A stretch of 64,000 nucleotides of DNA from an uncultured Pelagibacteraceae bacterium. GTDB taxonomy: Bacteria > Pseudomonadota > Alphaproteobacteria > Pelagibacterales > AG-422-B15. The stretch spans positions 73,862-137,861 of the forward strand of contig CACHCK010000001.1 of NCBI GenBank assembly GCA_902578305.1, given 5' to 3'. Positions 32,093-44,896 of this stretch are shown here, piece after piece. Below the pieces are notes generated by a model, which saw nothing but the letters and a program-made list of their open reading frames with translations, had not been told where the DNA came from and searched no databases. The stretch's first letter is position 1, and every line of letters begins with the position of its first letter. Position numbers and translations under genes: made by a program.

Positions 32093-33016
32093 TTCAGCTA
32101 GGTATTTTTCTGCCTCAAGCGCTGCCATACAACCCATACCAGCTGCAGTAACCGCCTGACGATAAATTTTATCCTTTACATCTCCTGCTGCATATACACC
32201 TTCAACGTTTGTAAGTGTTGAGTCAGGTTTTGTAATTATATATCCATCTTCATCCATTTCGACTTGGTCCCTAAAAATTTGAGTAGCTGGATCATGCCCT
32301 ATAGCAACAAAGACACCGTCTAGCTCGATACTACTGGTTTCGTTAGTTTTTGTATTTTTAATGTTTATACTTTTTACATTTAGAGGATCTTCATCGCCAA
32401 CTATTTCTTTAAGTTCGCTATCCCACACACATTCAACCTTTTCATTTTTAAACAATCTATCTTGAAGAATTTTTTCTGCTCGAAGTGCATCACGCCTATG
32501 AACAAGGTACACTTTAGATGCAAAGTTTGTTAAATATAAAGCTTCCTCAACAGCTGAATTACCACCGCCTATGACTGCTACTTTTTTTTCCTTAAAAAAG
32601 AAGCCATCACAAGTTGCACAAGCTGAAACGCCGTATCCTTGAAATTTTTTTTCAGAGTCTAATCCAAGCCATCTTGCTTGAGCTCCTGTTGAGATAATCA
32701 CTGAGTCCGCAGTATACTCGGTTCCCGACTCGCTAATAGCCTTAAATGGCTTAGATTTAAAGTCTACACTTTTGATAATGTCATTTATAATATTTGTTCC
32801 AACATTTTTTGCTTGTTCTTGCATTTGTTCCATTAACCATGGACCTTGTATTACATCCCCGTACCCAGGATAGTTTTCAACATCAGTTGTTATAGTAAGT
32901 TGCCCACCTGGCTGCAAACCTTGAACTAAAGTCGGCTCGAGCATAGCCCTTGCCGCATATATTGCAGCAGTATATCCTGCGGGACCTGAACCTATTATTA
33001 GAACTTTTGAATGCAT
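32084..33016 (-). CDS. trxB: Thioredoxin reductase
   Basis: GSGPAG, CATCDG, GGGNSA, HRRD, YRQAVTAAG. Confidence 0.98.
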   Translation of the reverse strand: MHSKVLIIGSGPAGYTAAIYAARAMLEPTLVQGLQPGGQLTITTDVENYPGYGDVIQGPWLMEQMQEQAKNVGTNIINDIIKSVDFKSKPFKAISESGTEYTADSVIISTGAQARWLGLDSEKKFQGYGVSACATCDGFFFKEKKVAVIGGGNSAVEEALYLTNFASKVYLVHRRDALRAEKILQDRLFKNEKVECVWDSELKEIVGDEDPLNVKSINIKNTKTNETSSIELDGVFVAIGHDPATQIFRDQVEMDEDGYIITKPDSTLTNVEGVYAAGDVKDKIYRQAVTAAGMGCMAALEAEKYLAELS

Positions 33017-33088
33017 TTAATTTTTATAATCTATATATTATCTTCTAGTAATTAAAGAACTTTTGTATTCAACATAGATAGTTATTAA

Positions 33089-34063
33089 ATGACCAATTTC
33101 AAGAATTTGAGAGCGTGGTGCCTAACAGATGGATCAGCAGGAATGATCAGTCAGGTCAAAGGCCTTGCAGATGCTCTTAATTTAAATTTTGAGCAAAAGA
33201 CAATAGATTTAAAATTTCCTTGGAATAAGATTCCAGTGGGAATATTGCCACCATCTAAAATTATATTTAATAATTACAGACAAATAAGCTTAGAAAGTAA
33301 TATTCCTCCAGATATTATCATATCATGTGGCAAGAGGTCTATTTATGCATCTTTACATCTCAAAAAATCATTAAATAATAAAGTCTTTTCAATTCACATA
33401 CAAAATCCAAAAATTAACCCAGCTCATTTTGATTTGGTTGTCGCTCCTGCACATGATGATTTAAAAGGTAAAAATGTGCTTCAAACTGATTTGGCGCTTA
33501 ATCATATAAACAAAAGGCTACTGAGCAAAGAGGCTGAGCTTTACACAGCTCAATTCTCAAAAATAGAAAAACCTATTTGTGCGATTTTCTTAGGAGGTCA
33601 AAACAGAAACTATCGCTTCGATATATCTGTTGTTAAGGTATTAGCTGATCAAGTTGATAAAATTATTAAAAATAATGACATTCAGCTATACATTTTATTC
33701 TCAAGAAGAACTGATCAATTTATTATTGAATACCTGAAAGAACGCTTTTTGAATCAGAATATTATTTGGAACGACAAAGGTAATCCTTATTTAGCCTTAA
33801 TGAAGTTTTCTAAATATCTTATTTGTACATCTGACTCTGTTTCAATAATTTCAGAATCTATATCTTCAACTAAACCAGTATATATTTTTAAACTTCCAAG
33901 CTTAAAAAAAAATAACAGAATAGAAAAATTTATTACAATGCTATTGCAAAAAAATTACGCAAGGCTTTTAGGAGAAAAACTCGAAGACTTTACAAATTCA
34001 TATGAAAATGAGACCTTCCAAGTAGCCAGAATGATTGAAGAAAGGTATAATAAAAAAGCATGA
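33089..34063 (+). CDS. ELM1/GtrOC1-family (nucleoside-diphosphate sugar epimerase/glycosyltransferase-like) protein
   Basis: DGSAGMISQ, IHIQNP, FDLVVAPAHD, SRRT, NPY, TSDSVSIISE. Confidence 0.85.
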   Translation: MTNFKNLRAWCLTDGSAGMISQVKGLADALNLNFEQKTIDLKFPWNKIPVGILPPSKIIFNNYRQISLESNIPPDIIISCGKRSIYASLHLKKSLNNKVFSIHIQNPKINPAHFDLVVAPAHDDLKGKNVLQTDLALNHINKRLLSKEAELYTAQFSKIEKPICAIFLGGQNRNYRFDISVVKVLADQVDKIIKNNDIQLYILFSRRTDQFIIEYLKERFLNQNIIWNDKGNPYLALMKFSKYLICTSDSVSIISESISSTKPVYIFKLPSLKKNNRIEKFITMLLQKNYARLLGEKLEDFTNSYENETFQVARMIEERYNKKA

Positions 34064-34686
34064 CATTAATCAATGCTTTGAAAAATAATTTATCACATTC
34101 CAATGTACCTTTTAATCATTGGATAATTAACAATCCTCTTTCAGAAAAAGCAATAGACGAAATTTATTCTATTAATTTTTCAGAAGGTAAAGTTATTTTC
34201 GATGGTACAAGAGCAGGAGATAAAACAGGGGATAATTTACTCAGTAAATTAAGAATATTTATCAATAAAGATAATGCAGAGGAATATTCTGAATTATTTG
34301 GACTAGTAAAAGAAATGCAATCAAAAGAATGTACTGACTTCATTTCTAATCTAATCAATAGAGATCTAAAAAATTCTTATGTTAGATTAGAAGTCATTGC
34401 CGATCGAGATGGATTTTGGCTTGAACCACACTGTGACATCAAGGAAAAATTGATGTCATCAATTCTGTTTGTAAATAGATACGGAGAAAATGAAAATTTG
34501 GGAACAGATTTTTATACTCCGGATTTGAAAGTTGCTAAAACTCTACCTTATAAAAATAATACAGGGTATATTTTTACTTCAGAAAAAAATTCATGGCACG
34601 GACTTGAAAAGAAAAAAATTAAAAAAGAAAGACGCTGCTTGCAATTAAATTATGTTACTTTTGAAACAGAGTGGCCAGTAGACTGA
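34060..34686 (+). CDS. 2OG-Fe(II) oxygenase superfamily protein
   Basis: PFNHW, EPHCD (HxD), SWHG, RRCL. Confidence 0.8.
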   Translation: MTLINALKNNLSHSNVPFNHWIINNPLSEKAIDEIYSINFSEGKVIFDGTRAGDKTGDNLLSKLRIFINKDNAEEYSELFGLVKEMQSKECTDFISNLINRDLKNSYVRLEVIADRDGFWLEPHCDIKEKLMSSILFVNRYGENENLGTDFYTPDLKVAKTLPYKNNTGYIFTSEKNSWHGLEKKKIKKERRCLQLNYVTFETEWPVD

Positions 34687-35156
34687 TGGTAAAAAAAGAA
34701 ATTGATAGTGTTGATCTAAAAATACTTCGAATACTTCAAGATGAAGGAAGAATTTCAAATCTAGATCTATCTAAGAAAATTGAAATGTCTCCACCGCCTA
34801 CACTAAGAAGAGTAAGAGATTTAGAAGATAATGGTTATATTGATGGTTTTCGTGCAAATCTAGATCCATCAAAGCTTGGATATGACTTAGTAGCATGGAT
34901 ATTTGTGAGTTTAAAAAACCAAAATGAAGAAAGCCTAGGGTCTTTTGAAAAACTGGTTTGGGGTTTGGAACCTATTAGAGAGTGTTTTATGTTAAATGGT
35001 GAAATAGATTTTATTCTTAAATGTGTTGTGAAAAATATGAATGAATTTAATAATTTTTTAACAACTCATATAACCTCAAATGAAAATATTTTGAGTGTCA
35101 AAACAGCTTTTGTAATTAAGAATACAAAGAAACTTGGTACCGTTCCTCTAGATTAG
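34686..35156 (+). CDS. Lrp/AsnC-family transcriptional regulator
   Basis: [16 protein letters not shown]...[13 protein letters not shown] at 34686 overlaps the upstream TGA. Confidence 0.92.
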   Translation: MVKKEIDSVDLKILRILQDEGRISNLDLSKKIEMSPPPTLRRVRDLEDNGYIDGFRANLDPSKLGYDLVAWIFVSLKNQNEESLGSFEKLVWGLEPIRECFMLNGEIDFILKCVVKNMNEFNNFLTTHITSNENILSVKTAFVIKNTKKLGTVPLD

Positions 35157-38100
35157 TGAAATTTAGTAACAGGATTAACTTCTAATTCATTGTTTCTTAA
35201 TTCTTTAATTGAATTAATAGCTGCTCTTGCTCCAGATACGGTTAGAAAGTATGGCAAACTTTTCATTAGAGCAGTTCTTCTTATACCAAAAGAATCATTA
35301 ATTGATTTTCTTCCTTCTGTTGTATTAATTATTATATCAACTTTATCTTCAATTAACTCTTCAACAATGTGAGGCGATCCTTGAGAAACCTTGTTGATTT
35401 TTTTGACTTTAATGCCACCCTCCATCAAATAATCAGCTGTTCCTGCTGTAGCTTTAACAAGAAAGCCTAATTTCTGAAAAGATCTAATAATTGGAAGAAT
35501 TTTTGGCTTATCAGAGTCTTTTACAGATACGAATAGAGATCCTTTCTTAGGCAGAGGGTTTGAGGAAGCTAACTGACATTTTATAAAAGCTGACTCAAAT
35601 GACTTATCGATGGCCATTACCTCACCAGTAGATTTCATTTCAGGGCCTAAGATGGTATCCACATTGGGAAAGCGTTTAAATGGAAATACAGGTTCTTTAA
35701 TTGAGATGTAATTAGTCTTACCAGATTTTAATTTCTGATTATTCAACTGCTTTCCCATCGCAGCGCCTAGTGCAATTTTTACAATTGGATTGCCAGTAGC
35801 TTTAGCTACAAATGGAACTGTTCGACTACTTCTTGGGTTAACTTCAAGAAGAAATATATTATTATTTTGAATAGCAAATTGAATATTCAGTAAGCCTTTT
35901 ACTTTAAGTGCAATTGCTAATTTTTTTGTTTGTTTTTCTATATCTTTAATTATTTTTTCTGAAAGAGAATAAGGAGGTAAAGTACAGGTTGAATCACCTG
36001 AATGAATTCCTGCTTCCTCAATATGTTCCATTATACCTGCTATGATAACTTTTTTTCCATCTGAAATTGCATCAACGTCGACTTCAATAGAATCTTTTAA
36101 ATAGTGATCAATTAGTACGGGGCTTTTGCCAGAAACAACTACTGCTTCTTTAAAATATTTTTTTAACTCATCTTGATTGTGAACAATTTCCATAGCCCTG
36201 CCACCTAAAACATATGACGGCCTTATTACAGCTGGAAAACCTATTTTCTTAATTACTAAGTGAGCCTCTTTTTCAGAATATGCGATACCGTTTGCTGGTT
36301 GTAAAAGATTTAGATCTTCAGCAATCTTTTTAAATTTTTCTCTGTCCTCTGCAGTATCTATTGATTCGGTTGATGTTCCCAAAATTGGAATATTCATTTT
36401 ATTTAAATAGTTGGATAATTTGAGAGGGGTTTGACCTCCAAACTGAACAATCACACCTAAAAGTTTTCCTTCACTTTTTTCTTTTCTAATAATTTCATAA
36501 ACATTTTCATTCGTTAGAGGCTCAAAATAAAGTCTGTCACTAGTATCTGGATCAGTAGAGACCGTTTCAGGATTACAGTTAATCATGATTGTCTCATATT
36601 TTAAATTTTTTAGGGCAAATGATGCATGACAGCAACAATAATCAAATTCAACTCCTTGCCCAATTCGATTTGGACCACTACCTAAGATAATTACTTTTTT
36701 CTTATTAGTTGGACTAGACTCACATGCATCATTATTTAAGGCATTTTTAGCGTAAGTTGAATACATGTATGGAGTTTTTGCTTCAAACTCAGCAGCACAT
36801 GTATCAATTCTCTTAAAGTCTGGGAAAATTTTATTTTTGACTCTAACGTTATAAATTTTATCTTCTTCGGTACCGCAAAGTTGTGAAATTTTCTTATCTG
36901 AGAATCCTAGTGCTTTTACCTTCAGCAGTTCTTTAGGATCACGAGGTAATCCTTTTTTTAAGATTTTTTCTGCATCTACTATCTTTTTTATTTGACCAAT
37001 AAACCAAGGATCAACTTTTGAAGATTGATGAATTTGAGCTATTTTTAATCCGAAGCGCAGCGCTTGAGCTACTAATAACAGTTTGTCAGCGAGGGGTTTC
37101 CTGAGCTCAGCTAAAATATTTTTCTTTGTGAGCTTTTTTTTATTCATACTAAGAGTTATTTCATCCAAGCCATCTAAACCTGTTTCGAGGGACCTCATTG
37201 CCTTTTGTAAAGACTCTGCAAATGACCTCCCAATTGCCATGACTTCACCAACAGATTTCATTGAACTTGATAATAGCGGCTGTGTTAGTTGAAATTTTTC
37301 AAAAGTAAATCTTGGTATTTTTGTGACGACATAGTCAATTGTTGGTTCAAAAGATGCAGGTGTTACTTTTGTAATTTCATTTGTGAGTTCATCTAATGTA
37401 TATCCAACTGCTAATTTAGCAGCGATTTTAGCAATTGGAAAACCCGTTGCCTTAGAAGCTAAAGCAGAAGACCTTGATACTCTTGGGTTCATCTCAATAA
37501 TTACAAGCCTTCCGTTTTTTGGATTAACAGCAAATTGAACATTAGAGCCGCCAGTTTCAACACCAATTTCTCTGAGGCATGCAATAGATGCATTTCTCAT
37601 AATTTGATACTCTTTATCAGTTAATGTGAGTGCAGGAGCTATTGTAATTGAGTCTCCAGTATGAACTCCCATCGGGTCAACATTTTCAATTGAGCATATA
37701 ATTATGCAATTATCATTTTTATCTCTTACAACTTCCATCTCGTATTCTTTCCAACCAGCAACAGACTCTTCAATTAAAATTTCATTAATTGGTGAATTAT
37801 AAAGACCTGAATTTGCTATTTCTTCAAACTGTTTCTCAGTGGATGCGATTCCACCACCTGTGCCTCCGAGCGTAAATGAGGGTCTTATGATGACTGGTAA
37901 TCCAATTTTTTTCAGAGCCTTTTTTGCATCTTTAAAATTTCTTGCAATTTCTGCTCTTGGACATTCCAAGCCAATCTTAGTCATTGCTTTGTAGAAACTT
38001 TCTCTTTCCTCTGCTTTTTTGATCGCTTTAAGATTTGCACCAATTAATTCAACACCGAATTTTTTTAACGTTCCATCTTTTGAAAGTTCAATTGCAATAT

Positions 38101-38389
38101 TTAACGCTGTTTGACCGCCCATTGTTGGTAGAAGTACGTCGGGTTTTTCTTTTTTAATTATCTTTGCAACAATTTCAGGTGTAATAGGTTCGATATATAC
38201 TACATCAGCAGTATCAGGGTCAGTCATTATAGTTGCTGGATTAGAGTTAATTAGAATTACTTTATAGCCTTCTTCTCGTAATGCTTTGCATGCTTGTGTT
38301 CCTGAGTAATCGAATTCGCATGCTTGGCCTATAATTATTGGTCCAGCACCCACAATTAAAATAGATTTTATGTCTTTTCTTTTAGGCAT
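35153..38389 (-). CDS. carB: Carbamoyl-phosphate synthase large subunit
   Basis: [17 protein letters not shown], duplicated ATP-grasp, MGS domain. Confidence 0.99.
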   Translation of the reverse strand: MPKRKDIKSILIVGAGPIIIGQACEFDYSGTQACKALREEGYKVILINSNPATIMTDPDTADVVYIEPITPEIVAKIIKKEKPDVLLPTMGGQTALNIAIELSKDGTLKKFGVELIGANLKAIKKAEERESFYKAMTKIGLECPRAEIARNFKDAKKALKKIGLPVIIRPSFTLGGTGGGIASTEKQFEEIANSGLYNSPINEILIEESVAGWKEYEMEVVRDKNDNCIIICSIENVDPMGVHTGDSITIAPALTLTDKEYQIMRNASIACLREIGVETGGSNVQFAVNPKNGRLVIIEMNPRVSRSSALASKATGFPIAKIAAKLAVGYTLDELTNEITKVTPASFEPTIDYVVTKIPRFTFEKFQLTQPLLSSSMKSVGEVMAIGRSFAESLQKAMRSLETGLDGLDEITLSMNKKKLTKKNILAELRKPLADKLLLVAQALRFGLKIAQIHQSSKVDPWFIGQIKKIVDAEKILKKGLPRDPKELLKVKALGFSDKKISQLCGTEEDKIYNVRVKNKIFPDFKRIDTCAAEFEAKTPYMYSTYAKNALNNDACESSPTNKKKVIILGSGPNRIGQGVEFDYCCCHASFALKNLKYETIMINCNPETVSTDPDTSDRLYFEPLTNENVYEIIRKEKSEGKLLGVIVQFGGQTPLKLSNYLNKMNIPILGTSTESIDTAEDREKFKKIAEDLNLLQPANGIAYSEKEAHLVIKKIGFPAVIRPSYVLGGRAMEIVHNQDELKKYFKEAVVVSGKSPVLIDHYLKDSIEVDVDAISDGKKVIIAGIMEHIEEAGIHSGDSTCTLPPYSLSEKIIKDIEKQTKKLAIALKVKGLLNIQFAIQNNNIFLLEVNPRSSRTVPFVAKATGNPIVKIALGAAMGKQLNNQKLKSGKTNYISIKEPVFPFKRFPNVDTILGPEMKSTGEVMAIDKSFESAFIKCQLASSNPLPKKGSLFVSVKDSDKPKILPIIRSFQKLGFLVKATAGTADYLMEGGIKVKKINKVSQGSPHIVEELIEDKVDIIINTTEGRKSINDSFGIRRTALMKSLPYFLTVSGARAAINSIKELRNNELEVNPVTKFH

Positions 38390-39530
38390 TACGATTAATC
38401 ATTCTTTTAAATTCCTGGAATAGATAATGACTATCATGTGGCCCCGGGCTTGCCTCAGGATGATATTGAACTGCAAATATATTTTTTCCTTTTCTTATAC
38501 CTTCAATACTTCCATCGAATAACGATTTATGAGTTATTTTAATACCCTTTGGTATAGATTTTTCAGTTACTTCAAAACCATGATTCTGTGATGTGATTTC
38601 AACTTTTTCTGTTTCAAGATTTTTTACCGGATGGTTGGCTCCTCTGTGCCCTTGAAACATTTTTTTTGTCTTGGCCCCTAAGGCCAACGAAATAAGTTGA
38701 TGACCAAGACATATTCCAAATATTGGAATATTTTTCTTAATGAGTTTTTTTATAATTGGGATGGCATATTTACCTGTTGCCTTAGGATCGCCAGGACCGT
38801 TTGATAGAAATATGCCATTTGGATTAAATTCAAGTATCTTCTCTGCTGAAGTTTTTGCAGGAACTAAAATTACTTCAAGATTTAAATCCAATAGGCAATT
38901 TAATATATTTTCTTTTATTCCATAATCTACCGCTACTACTTTAAGATTAGATTTATTGTTAGATCTATATATTTTTATGTCTTTACGCGATACATCAATA
39001 GCAAGATCAAGTCCGTTAAGGCCTTTCCATTTTTTTATTTCTTTAAGACAGTGAGCAGTTTTCTTACTATTAATTGGACCTTCAATAATGCCACCCTTTG
39101 GAGCACCTTTTGAACGTATCCTATTTGTAACTAGTCTTGTGTCAATATTGCATATACCAGGTACGTTATTTTTTTTAAGCCACGTATCAAGGTTAAGAAT
39201 GGACCTATAGTTTGAAGGGTCAGAAATATCACAACTAATGATTATTCCTTTTGCAAATGGCTTTCTTGACTCATTGTCTTCACGATTGGTGCCTACATTG
39301 CCAATATGAGGAAATGTAAAATTAATTATTTGTCCTGCATAAGAGGGGTCAGTTATTATCTCCTGATAGCCCGTCATTGAAGTATTGAAGCATACCTCAC
39401 CAATTTCCATGTTTGGAGAGCCAATTTTAATCCCATTAAAATAAGAGCCGTCTTCAAGAATAAGTTGACCCTCTATAGGTTTAGGTCGAGCTGTTGTGCG
39501 ATTTTTTTTCAACCTAACCGACTTTGACAT
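38382..39530 (-). CDS. carA: Carbamoyl-phosphate synthase small subunit
   Basis: [34 protein letters not shown]. Confidence 0.98.
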   Translation of the reverse strand: MSKSVRLKKNRTTARPKPIEGQLILEDGSYFNGIKIGSPNMEIGEVCFNTSMTGYQEIITDPSYAGQIINFTFPHIGNVGTNREDNESRKPFAKGIIISCDISDPSNYRSILNLDTWLKKNNVPGICNIDTRLVTNRIRSKGAPKGGIIEGPINSKKTAHCLKEIKKWKGLNGLDLAIDVSRKDIKIYRSNNKSNLKVVAVDYGIKENILNCLLDLNLEVILVPAKTSAEKILEFNPNGIFLSNGPGDPKATGKYAIPIIKKLIKKNIPIFGICLGHQLISLALGAKTKKMFQGHRGANHPVKNLETEKVEITSQNHGFEVTEKSIPKGIKITHKSLFDGSIEGIRKGKNIFAVQYHPEASPGPHDSHYLFQEFKRMINRNA

Positions 39531-39660
39531 ATGTATTGATTCTAGATTTATAGAAATTTAGTGCAAATGGGTAATTCATGCAACAGTTAGATAAGATAAT
39601 AAATTTAGATCTAATATTGCCACAATATATTTGTTGATATAAATTTTATGTTTACTTCAA

Positions 39661-40119
39661 ATGAAAGAAAATATCACATCAGAATTATCTAACGCGTTAA
39701 AAAAGGGCGATAAAGAGAGAATCCATACGCTAAGACTAGTCTTAGCGGCAATCAAAGATAAAGAAATTGCAAGTCGATCCTCAGGTGAAGACTCAAATAT
39801 ATCTGAAGATACAGTTGTTAGTCTTTTGAAAAAAATGGTGAAGCAAAGAAATGATTCGATTGATATGTTTAAAAAAGCTGGGCGTGATGAACTTGTGGAA
39901 AAAGAGACTAGCGAAATTAAAATAATTAGTGAGTTTCTTCCTAAGCAACTTGGAGAGGAAGAGACTATTAAAGCTTGTGATGAAGCAATTAGTATAACTG
40001 AAGCAAAATCACTAAAGGAAATAGGAAAAGTTATTAAATATTTGAAGGAAAATAGTTCTACAGCCCTGGATATTTCTCTGGCAAGTAAGATTATTAAGGA
40101 AAAACTTCAAAATTTATAA
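39661..40119 (+). CDS. GatB/YqeY domain protein
   Basis: TLRLVLAAIKDKEI, KMVKQR, FLPKQL; usual position between carA and dnaG. Confidence 0.92.
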   Translation: MKENITSELSNALKKGDKERIHTLRLVLAAIKDKEIASRSSGEDSNISEDTVVSLLKKMVKQRNDSIDMFKKAGRDELVEKETSEIKIISEFLPKQLGEEETIKACDEAISITEAKSLKEIGKVIKYLKENSSTALDISLASKIIKEKLQNL

Positions 40120-40166
40120 ATATTTGATAGCTATTCTTTACTGAGCTCAAGTAATATACTTAATTT

Positions 40167-41972
40167 ATGCCGAGATATTCAAAGGACTTTATTGGAGAAA
40201 TTAAATCAAGATTGCGAGTATCAGAAGTTGTAGGAAAATTTGTAAAGCTTTCTCAAAGAGGTAATGAGTTTGTTGGGTTGAGTCCTTTTAAAAATGAAAA
40301 AACCCCATCATTTACAGTTAATGATGAAAAGGAATTTTATCATTGTTTCAGTAGTGCTGAACACGGAGATATATTTTCTTTTCTAATGAAGTATAAAAAC
40401 ATGTCTTATCCAGAGTCAATTGAATACCTAGCTAAACAAGCGGGCATGGATCCAGATAAAGGAATTATCAGAGATCCAAATTATGTTGAAAAAGATTTCT
40501 CAGGCTTAAGAAATATAATTAGTGAAGCTAATAATTACTTTAAGGCACAACTTAATTTAAGTTCTGAAGCTCAAAAGTATATTGATAAAAGATCAATAGA
40601 TGACAATATAACAAAAAAATTTAATTTAGGCTATTCAGGTTCAGTAACCAACGGTTTATATAAACATCTAAAAAGCAAAGGTATAAGTATTGACGATGCT
40701 ATTACTCTTGGTCTGATCAAAAGATCTAACAAAAAAGAAAATGAATTTTATGATTTCTTTCGTAATAGACTTATGTTTCCAATTAAAGATTATAAATCAA
40801 ATATTATTGCATTTGGAGGAAGAGCTTTAGATAACTCAAATATAAAATATATTAATTCGTCAGATAGCCCTCTATTTAAAAAGAGTTATCAATTATATAA
40901 TTTAAATTTCGCCATAGAAGAAAACAGAAAAGTAAAAAATTTAATTATCGTCGAAGGCTATATGGATGTTATTACTCTATATCAGAATAACTTTAAGACT
41001 ACTGTTGCGCCACTAGGTACGGCACTAACAAGTTATCAACTTGAGCGAGCATGGAAAATTTGTGAAAATCCTATAATAATGTTTGATGGTGATGACGCTG
41101 GCCAAAAAGCCGCTCAAAGAGCTTCATTGCTTGCTTTAAGTAATTTAATACCTGATCACTCCCTTCGTTTTTGTACATTACCAAAAGATTATGATCCAGA
41201 TGATTATTTAAAAAAGAATAATCATAAAAGTCTTCAAAAAATTTTAGAAAACTCACTTTCTTTATCACAATTTATTTGGAAAACAGAACTTGAAAAAGAG
41301 GATATATCAACTCCTGAGAAAAAAGCGGGTTTTGAAAAAAGGGTAAAAATGCTTCTAGAGAAGATAAAGAATAAAACAGTGCGCGAGTACTACATCAATT
41401 ATTTCAATAATAATTTAAACGACCTAAAATTTATTAATATTAATAAAAATATATCAGGCTACAATTTCAAACCTAATAAAGTTTCTAGAGAAATTTTAAC
41501 TAGCGAGAGAGTAAAAGCTCAAAACCATGAGTCTGGTATTAGAGAAAAGATTATTTTGATTTCTTTGATTGAAAATCCATTTTTAGTCATCAAGTACACT
41601 GAAGAATTGGGAAAAATAAGCTTTAAAGATCTTAATTTATCAGCATTAATTTCTGAAATTCTTGAATTTTCAGCATCTAACAGCGATAAAGATCTTGAAA
41701 ATTTAGATTTAAAGTCCTATCTACTATATAAGGGATTTGAGCAGGAGATTAAATACATTTATCAACCTAAACTTCTAAATACCTACAATTCAATAATAAA
41801 CAATACAATGGAAGTTGTAGATAAAAGCTTTATAGGATTAATAAATTTGCAGCAAGATTTGTTGGAAGAAACAGAAATAAATGATGCTGCAAATATTTTA
41901 GAGGAAAAAATGGATGAAAAAAGTTTTGAAGAATTTGCTCGGATTAAAAAAGAGAGCTTAAATAAGAATTAA
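40167..41972 (+). CDS. dnaG: DNA primase
   Basis: [11 protein letters not shown]...[31 protein letters not shown]. Confidence 0.97.
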   Translation: MPRYSKDFIGEIKSRLRVSEVVGKFVKLSQRGNEFVGLSPFKNEKTPSFTVNDEKEFYHCFSSAEHGDIFSFLMKYKNMSYPESIEYLAKQAGMDPDKGIIRDPNYVEKDFSGLRNIISEANNYFKAQLNLSSEAQKYIDKRSIDDNITKKFNLGYSGSVTNGLYKHLKSKGISIDDAITLGLIKRSNKKENEFYDFFRNRLMFPIKDYKSNIIAFGGRALDNSNIKYINSSDSPLFKKSYQLYNLNFAIEENRKVKNLIIVEGYMDVITLYQNNFKTTVAPLGTALTSYQLERAWKICENPIIMFDGDDAGQKAAQRASLLALSNLIPDHSLRFCTLPKDYDPDDYLKKNNHKSLQKILENSLSLSQFIWKTELEKEDISTPEKKAGFEKRVKMLLEKIKNKTVREYYINYFNNNLNDLKFININKNISGYNFKPNKVSREILTSERVKAQNHESGIREKIILISLIENPFLVIKYTEELGKISFKDLNLSALISEILEFSASNSDKDLENLDLKSYLLYKGFEQEIKYIYQPKLLNTYNSIINNTMEVVDKSFIGLINLQQDLLEETEINDAANILEEKMDEKSFEEFARIKKESLNKN

Positions 41973-41973
41973 A

Positions 41974-43989
41974 ATGAAAAAAAGAGGAAGAAAAAAGAAG
42001 ATATTAAAGGATGAAATTGAAACCAATCAATTGCAATCTAACGATCAGGATGGGCCAGTTCTTGATTTAGAAAAATCAATTATTAAAAAACTTATAAAGC
42101 AAGGTAAAAAAGATGGTTACCTTACTCATGAATTCATCAAAAAAGCATTTCCAGAAAATAAGTTTACTTCAGAACAAATAGAACAATACACCACTAAACT
42201 ATCTCAAGTAGGATTTGACATTATTGATTCCGATGATTCTGACAGTGAGGATGAAAAAGATGAGGAACCTCAAGGTGCAAAGTCAGGTTCAGATAAAACT
42301 GATGATCCTGTAAAACTTTATTTAAGGGAAATGGGTACAGTAGATCTGCTTTCACGTGAAGGTGAAATTGCAATAGCTAAACGTATTGAAGCAGGCCAAG
42401 AGGCGATGATATCTGGGCTTTGTGAGAGCCCATTAACACTTCAAGCAATTTTAGATTGGAGAGATGATATTATCGCAGAAAAAATTACTTTAAGAGAAGT
42501 TATAGATTTAGAGTCATTGTTTGAAGAGTCGCCAAATAAGAAAGAATTGAGTAAAAAAATAAAAGAAGCGAGAAAAAGAAAAGAATTAGAAGAGAAAGAA
42601 GAAATAAGAAAAAGAAAAGAGGCCGAAAAAAAATCAGCTACTTACGGTGATGATACTGAGCCAATGATTGAAAGTTCTTCGGATCAGGTAATAGAAGAAT
42701 ATGAAGATTCTGAAGATGAATTAAATGTATCAATTGCAATTATGGAAGAGGAACTGAAGCCTCAAATTTTAGATACATTAAAAAAACTTAATAAAAGTTT
42801 TAAAAAACTTCAAAAATTGCAAAAAGATAAAATCGCCTTTCAGGAAAAAGGAAAAGATTTCCCACCAAGATCTGAAAAAAGTTACCAAGCATCAAAATTA
42901 ATTGTTGTAGAATTAATAAAAGGATTACAAATAAATACAAATAAGATCGAAGAATTAATAAATAAATTGTACGTCATTAACAAAGAGATTGTATCTTTGG
43001 AAGGAAAATTATTAAGGCTTGCAGTTCAATATAAAATTTCAAGAGATGAATTTTTAGACAAGTATATCGGCAATGAAAATAATCCATACTGGTTAAGGAA
43101 AATTACTCGGCTATCTGGATGGGAAAAATTTGTCAAGCAAGAAAAAAATAATATTAAAAATATTATGAATGAAGTTAGAGCTTCTGCAAGTAACATAGGT
43201 TTAACTTTAAATGAGTTTAAAAGAATCGTGAGCAATGTTCAAAAAGGAGAGAGAGAGTCGAGTATTGCGAAAAAAGAAATGATAGAAGCCAACCTCCGAC
43301 TGGTAATATCAATTGCGAAAAAATATACAAATAGAGGTCTACAGTTTTTAGATCTAATACAGGAAGGTAATATTGGTCTAATGAAAGCTGTAGATAAATT
43401 TGAATACAGAAGAGGATATAAATTCTCTACTTATGCAACCTGGTGGATAAGGCAGGCAATAACTAGGTCTATTGCAGACCAAGCGAGAACAATTCGTATA
43501 CCAGTACACATGATTGAAACTATTAATAAGATAGTAAGAACTCAAAGATTGTTATTGAATGATATAGGCAGGGAACCTACCCCTGAGGAAATATCAAAAA
43601 AGTTAAATATGCCACTAGAAAAAGTAAGAAAAGTTCTAAAAATTGCAAAAGAACCTGTAAGCCTTGAAACACCTGTTGGTGACGAAGAAGACAGCCATTT
43701 AGGAGATTTTATTCAAGACGAAAATGCAGTTATTCCAATTGATGCTGCAATAAATTCTAACTTAAGACAAACGACAACAAAAATATTATCTTCACTCACA
43801 CCGCGCGAAGAGAGAGTTTTAAGAATGAGATTTGGCATTGGAATGAATTCAGACCATACTCTCGAAGAGGTTGGACAGCAATTTTCAGTAACCAGAGAAA
43901 GAATCAGGCAAATTGAAGCAAAAGCTCTCAGAAAACTTAAACATCCTACGAGAGCGAAACTATTAAAAAGCTTTTTAGATAAAAACTAG
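41974..43989 (+). CDS. rpoD: RNA polymerase sigma factor RpoD
   Basis: [36 protein letters not shown], region 4 TRERIRQIE. Confidence 0.98.
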   Translation: MKKRGRKKKILKDEIETNQLQSNDQDGPVLDLEKSIIKKLIKQGKKDGYLTHEFIKKAFPENKFTSEQIEQYTTKLSQVGFDIIDSDDSDSEDEKDEEPQGAKSGSDKTDDPVKLYLREMGTVDLLSREGEIAIAKRIEAGQEAMISGLCESPLTLQAILDWRDDIIAEKITLREVIDLESLFEESPNKKELSKKIKEARKRKELEEKEEIRKRKEAEKKSATYGDDTEPMIESSSDQVIEEYEDSEDELNVSIAIMEEELKPQILDTLKKLNKSFKKLQKLQKDKIAFQEKGKDFPPRSEKSYQASKLIVVELIKGLQINTNKIEELINKLYVINKEIVSLEGKLLRLAVQYKISRDEFLDKYIGNENNPYWLRKITRLSGWEKFVKQEKNNIKNIMNEVRASASNIGLTLNEFKRIVSNVQKGERESSIAKKEMIEANLRLVISIAKKYTNRGLQFLDLIQEGNIGLMKAVDKFEYRRGYKFSTYATWWIRQAITRSIADQARTIRIPVHMIETINKIVRTQRLLLNDIGREPTPEEISKKLNMPLEKVRKVLKIAKEPVSLETPVGDEEDSHLGDFIQDENAVIPIDAAINSNLRQTTTKILSSLTPREERVLRMRFGIGMNSDHTLEEVGQQFSVTRERIRQIEAKALRKLKHPTRAKLLKSFLDKN

Positions 43990-44026
43990 TTTTAAAACCA
44001 AAAATCCCTGTATATAAAAGTCTTAA

Positions 44027-44103
44027 GGGCCCATAGCTCAGTTGGTTAGAGCCCTCCGCTCATAACGGAGTTGTCCTAGGTTCGAGTCCTAGTGGGCCCA
44101 CCA
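44027..44103 (+). tRNA. tRNA with CAT anticodon, probably tRNA-Ile2 (lysidine) rather than Met
   Basis: GGGCCCA/TGGGCCC acceptor stem, CTCCG-CT-CAT-AA-CGGAG arm, GGTTCGAGTCC, encoded CCA. Lacks the initiator C1 mismatch and GGG/CCC anticodon-stem features. Ile2 versus elongator Met is inference. Confidence 0.93.
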
Positions 44104-44114
44104 TTCATTAAATT

Positions 44115-44843
44115 ATGAGGAACAAAATAATATATATAATTTTTACTGTGCTAATTACTTCTGTATTAATTTTTTATATTGGCACATTAGCTTCAAGTTT
44201 TATTGCTATTTCTAAAGCTATAAAAAAAAATAGTGTAATTGAATTAGATTATTATATTGACAGTGAATTGTTAGAAAATAATTTTGAAATTTTATTTTAC
44301 GATTTTCTAAAATCTAATTTTGATAAAAAAGAATTAAATGTATCTTTTTTAAATACTAATTTTTCTGGAGAATTAAATGAAAATTCAAGAGAAAGACTTA
44401 TTTATTTTATTTCGAGAAAATTATCAAAAGATTTTTCACAGACAGATATACTTCTGTTTTTTTATTTTAATTCTAATAAAATAGATAGTTACCTGAAAAA
44501 AAATATTTTACATAACGCAAATTATTCGTTTCAAGAATTTCTTTTAGATAATAATGCTGAAATTGAAAAGGATTATGCCAGAGATGACATAAATGAGTTT
44601 AATAAAAAAGATATTAAAAATGAATTAAATTTATTCGAAAAATTAACTATTTATTATGACAATTTTATTAAATTTACAAAAAAAATAGACAGATCAGAAT
44701 ATATTTTTTTGATAAACCCTCATACATTCAAACTAAATGTGCAACATAAATCTGAAAATTACATAGTTTTATTAAAGTTAAAGGGTATGAAGTGGTCCAT
44801 AGTAAGCATTGATTTTAAATTAAATAATCATTTATTTGACTAA
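44115..44843 (+). CDS. Membrane-anchored hypothetical protein, DUF2939-like
   Basis: N-terminal TM, AIKKNSVIELDYYIDSELL and C-terminal LKLKGMKWSIVSI resemble the DUF2939 ends; extremely AT-rich. Confidence 0.55.
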   Translation: MRNKIIYIIFTVLITSVLIFYIGTLASSFIAISKAIKKNSVIELDYYIDSELLENNFEILFYDFLKSNFDKKELNVSFLNTNFSGELNENSRERLIYFISRKLSKDFSQTDILLFFYFNSNKIDSYLKKNILHNANYSFQEFLLDNNAEIEKDYARDDINEFNKKDIKNELNLFEKLTIYYDNFIKFTKKIDRSEYIFLINPHTFKLNVQHKSENYIVLLKLKGMKWSIVSIDFKLNNHLFD

Positions 44844-44896
44844 AAAATAGTTATTACTTATCACCCAACTCTATACTAATATTTATTCTTATTAAT

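Noticed and set aside
44222-44230. Poly-A tracts as phase-variation or frameshift sites
   Set aside because: Runs of 8-9 A/T are frequent throughout this AT-rich window and the reading frames are intact
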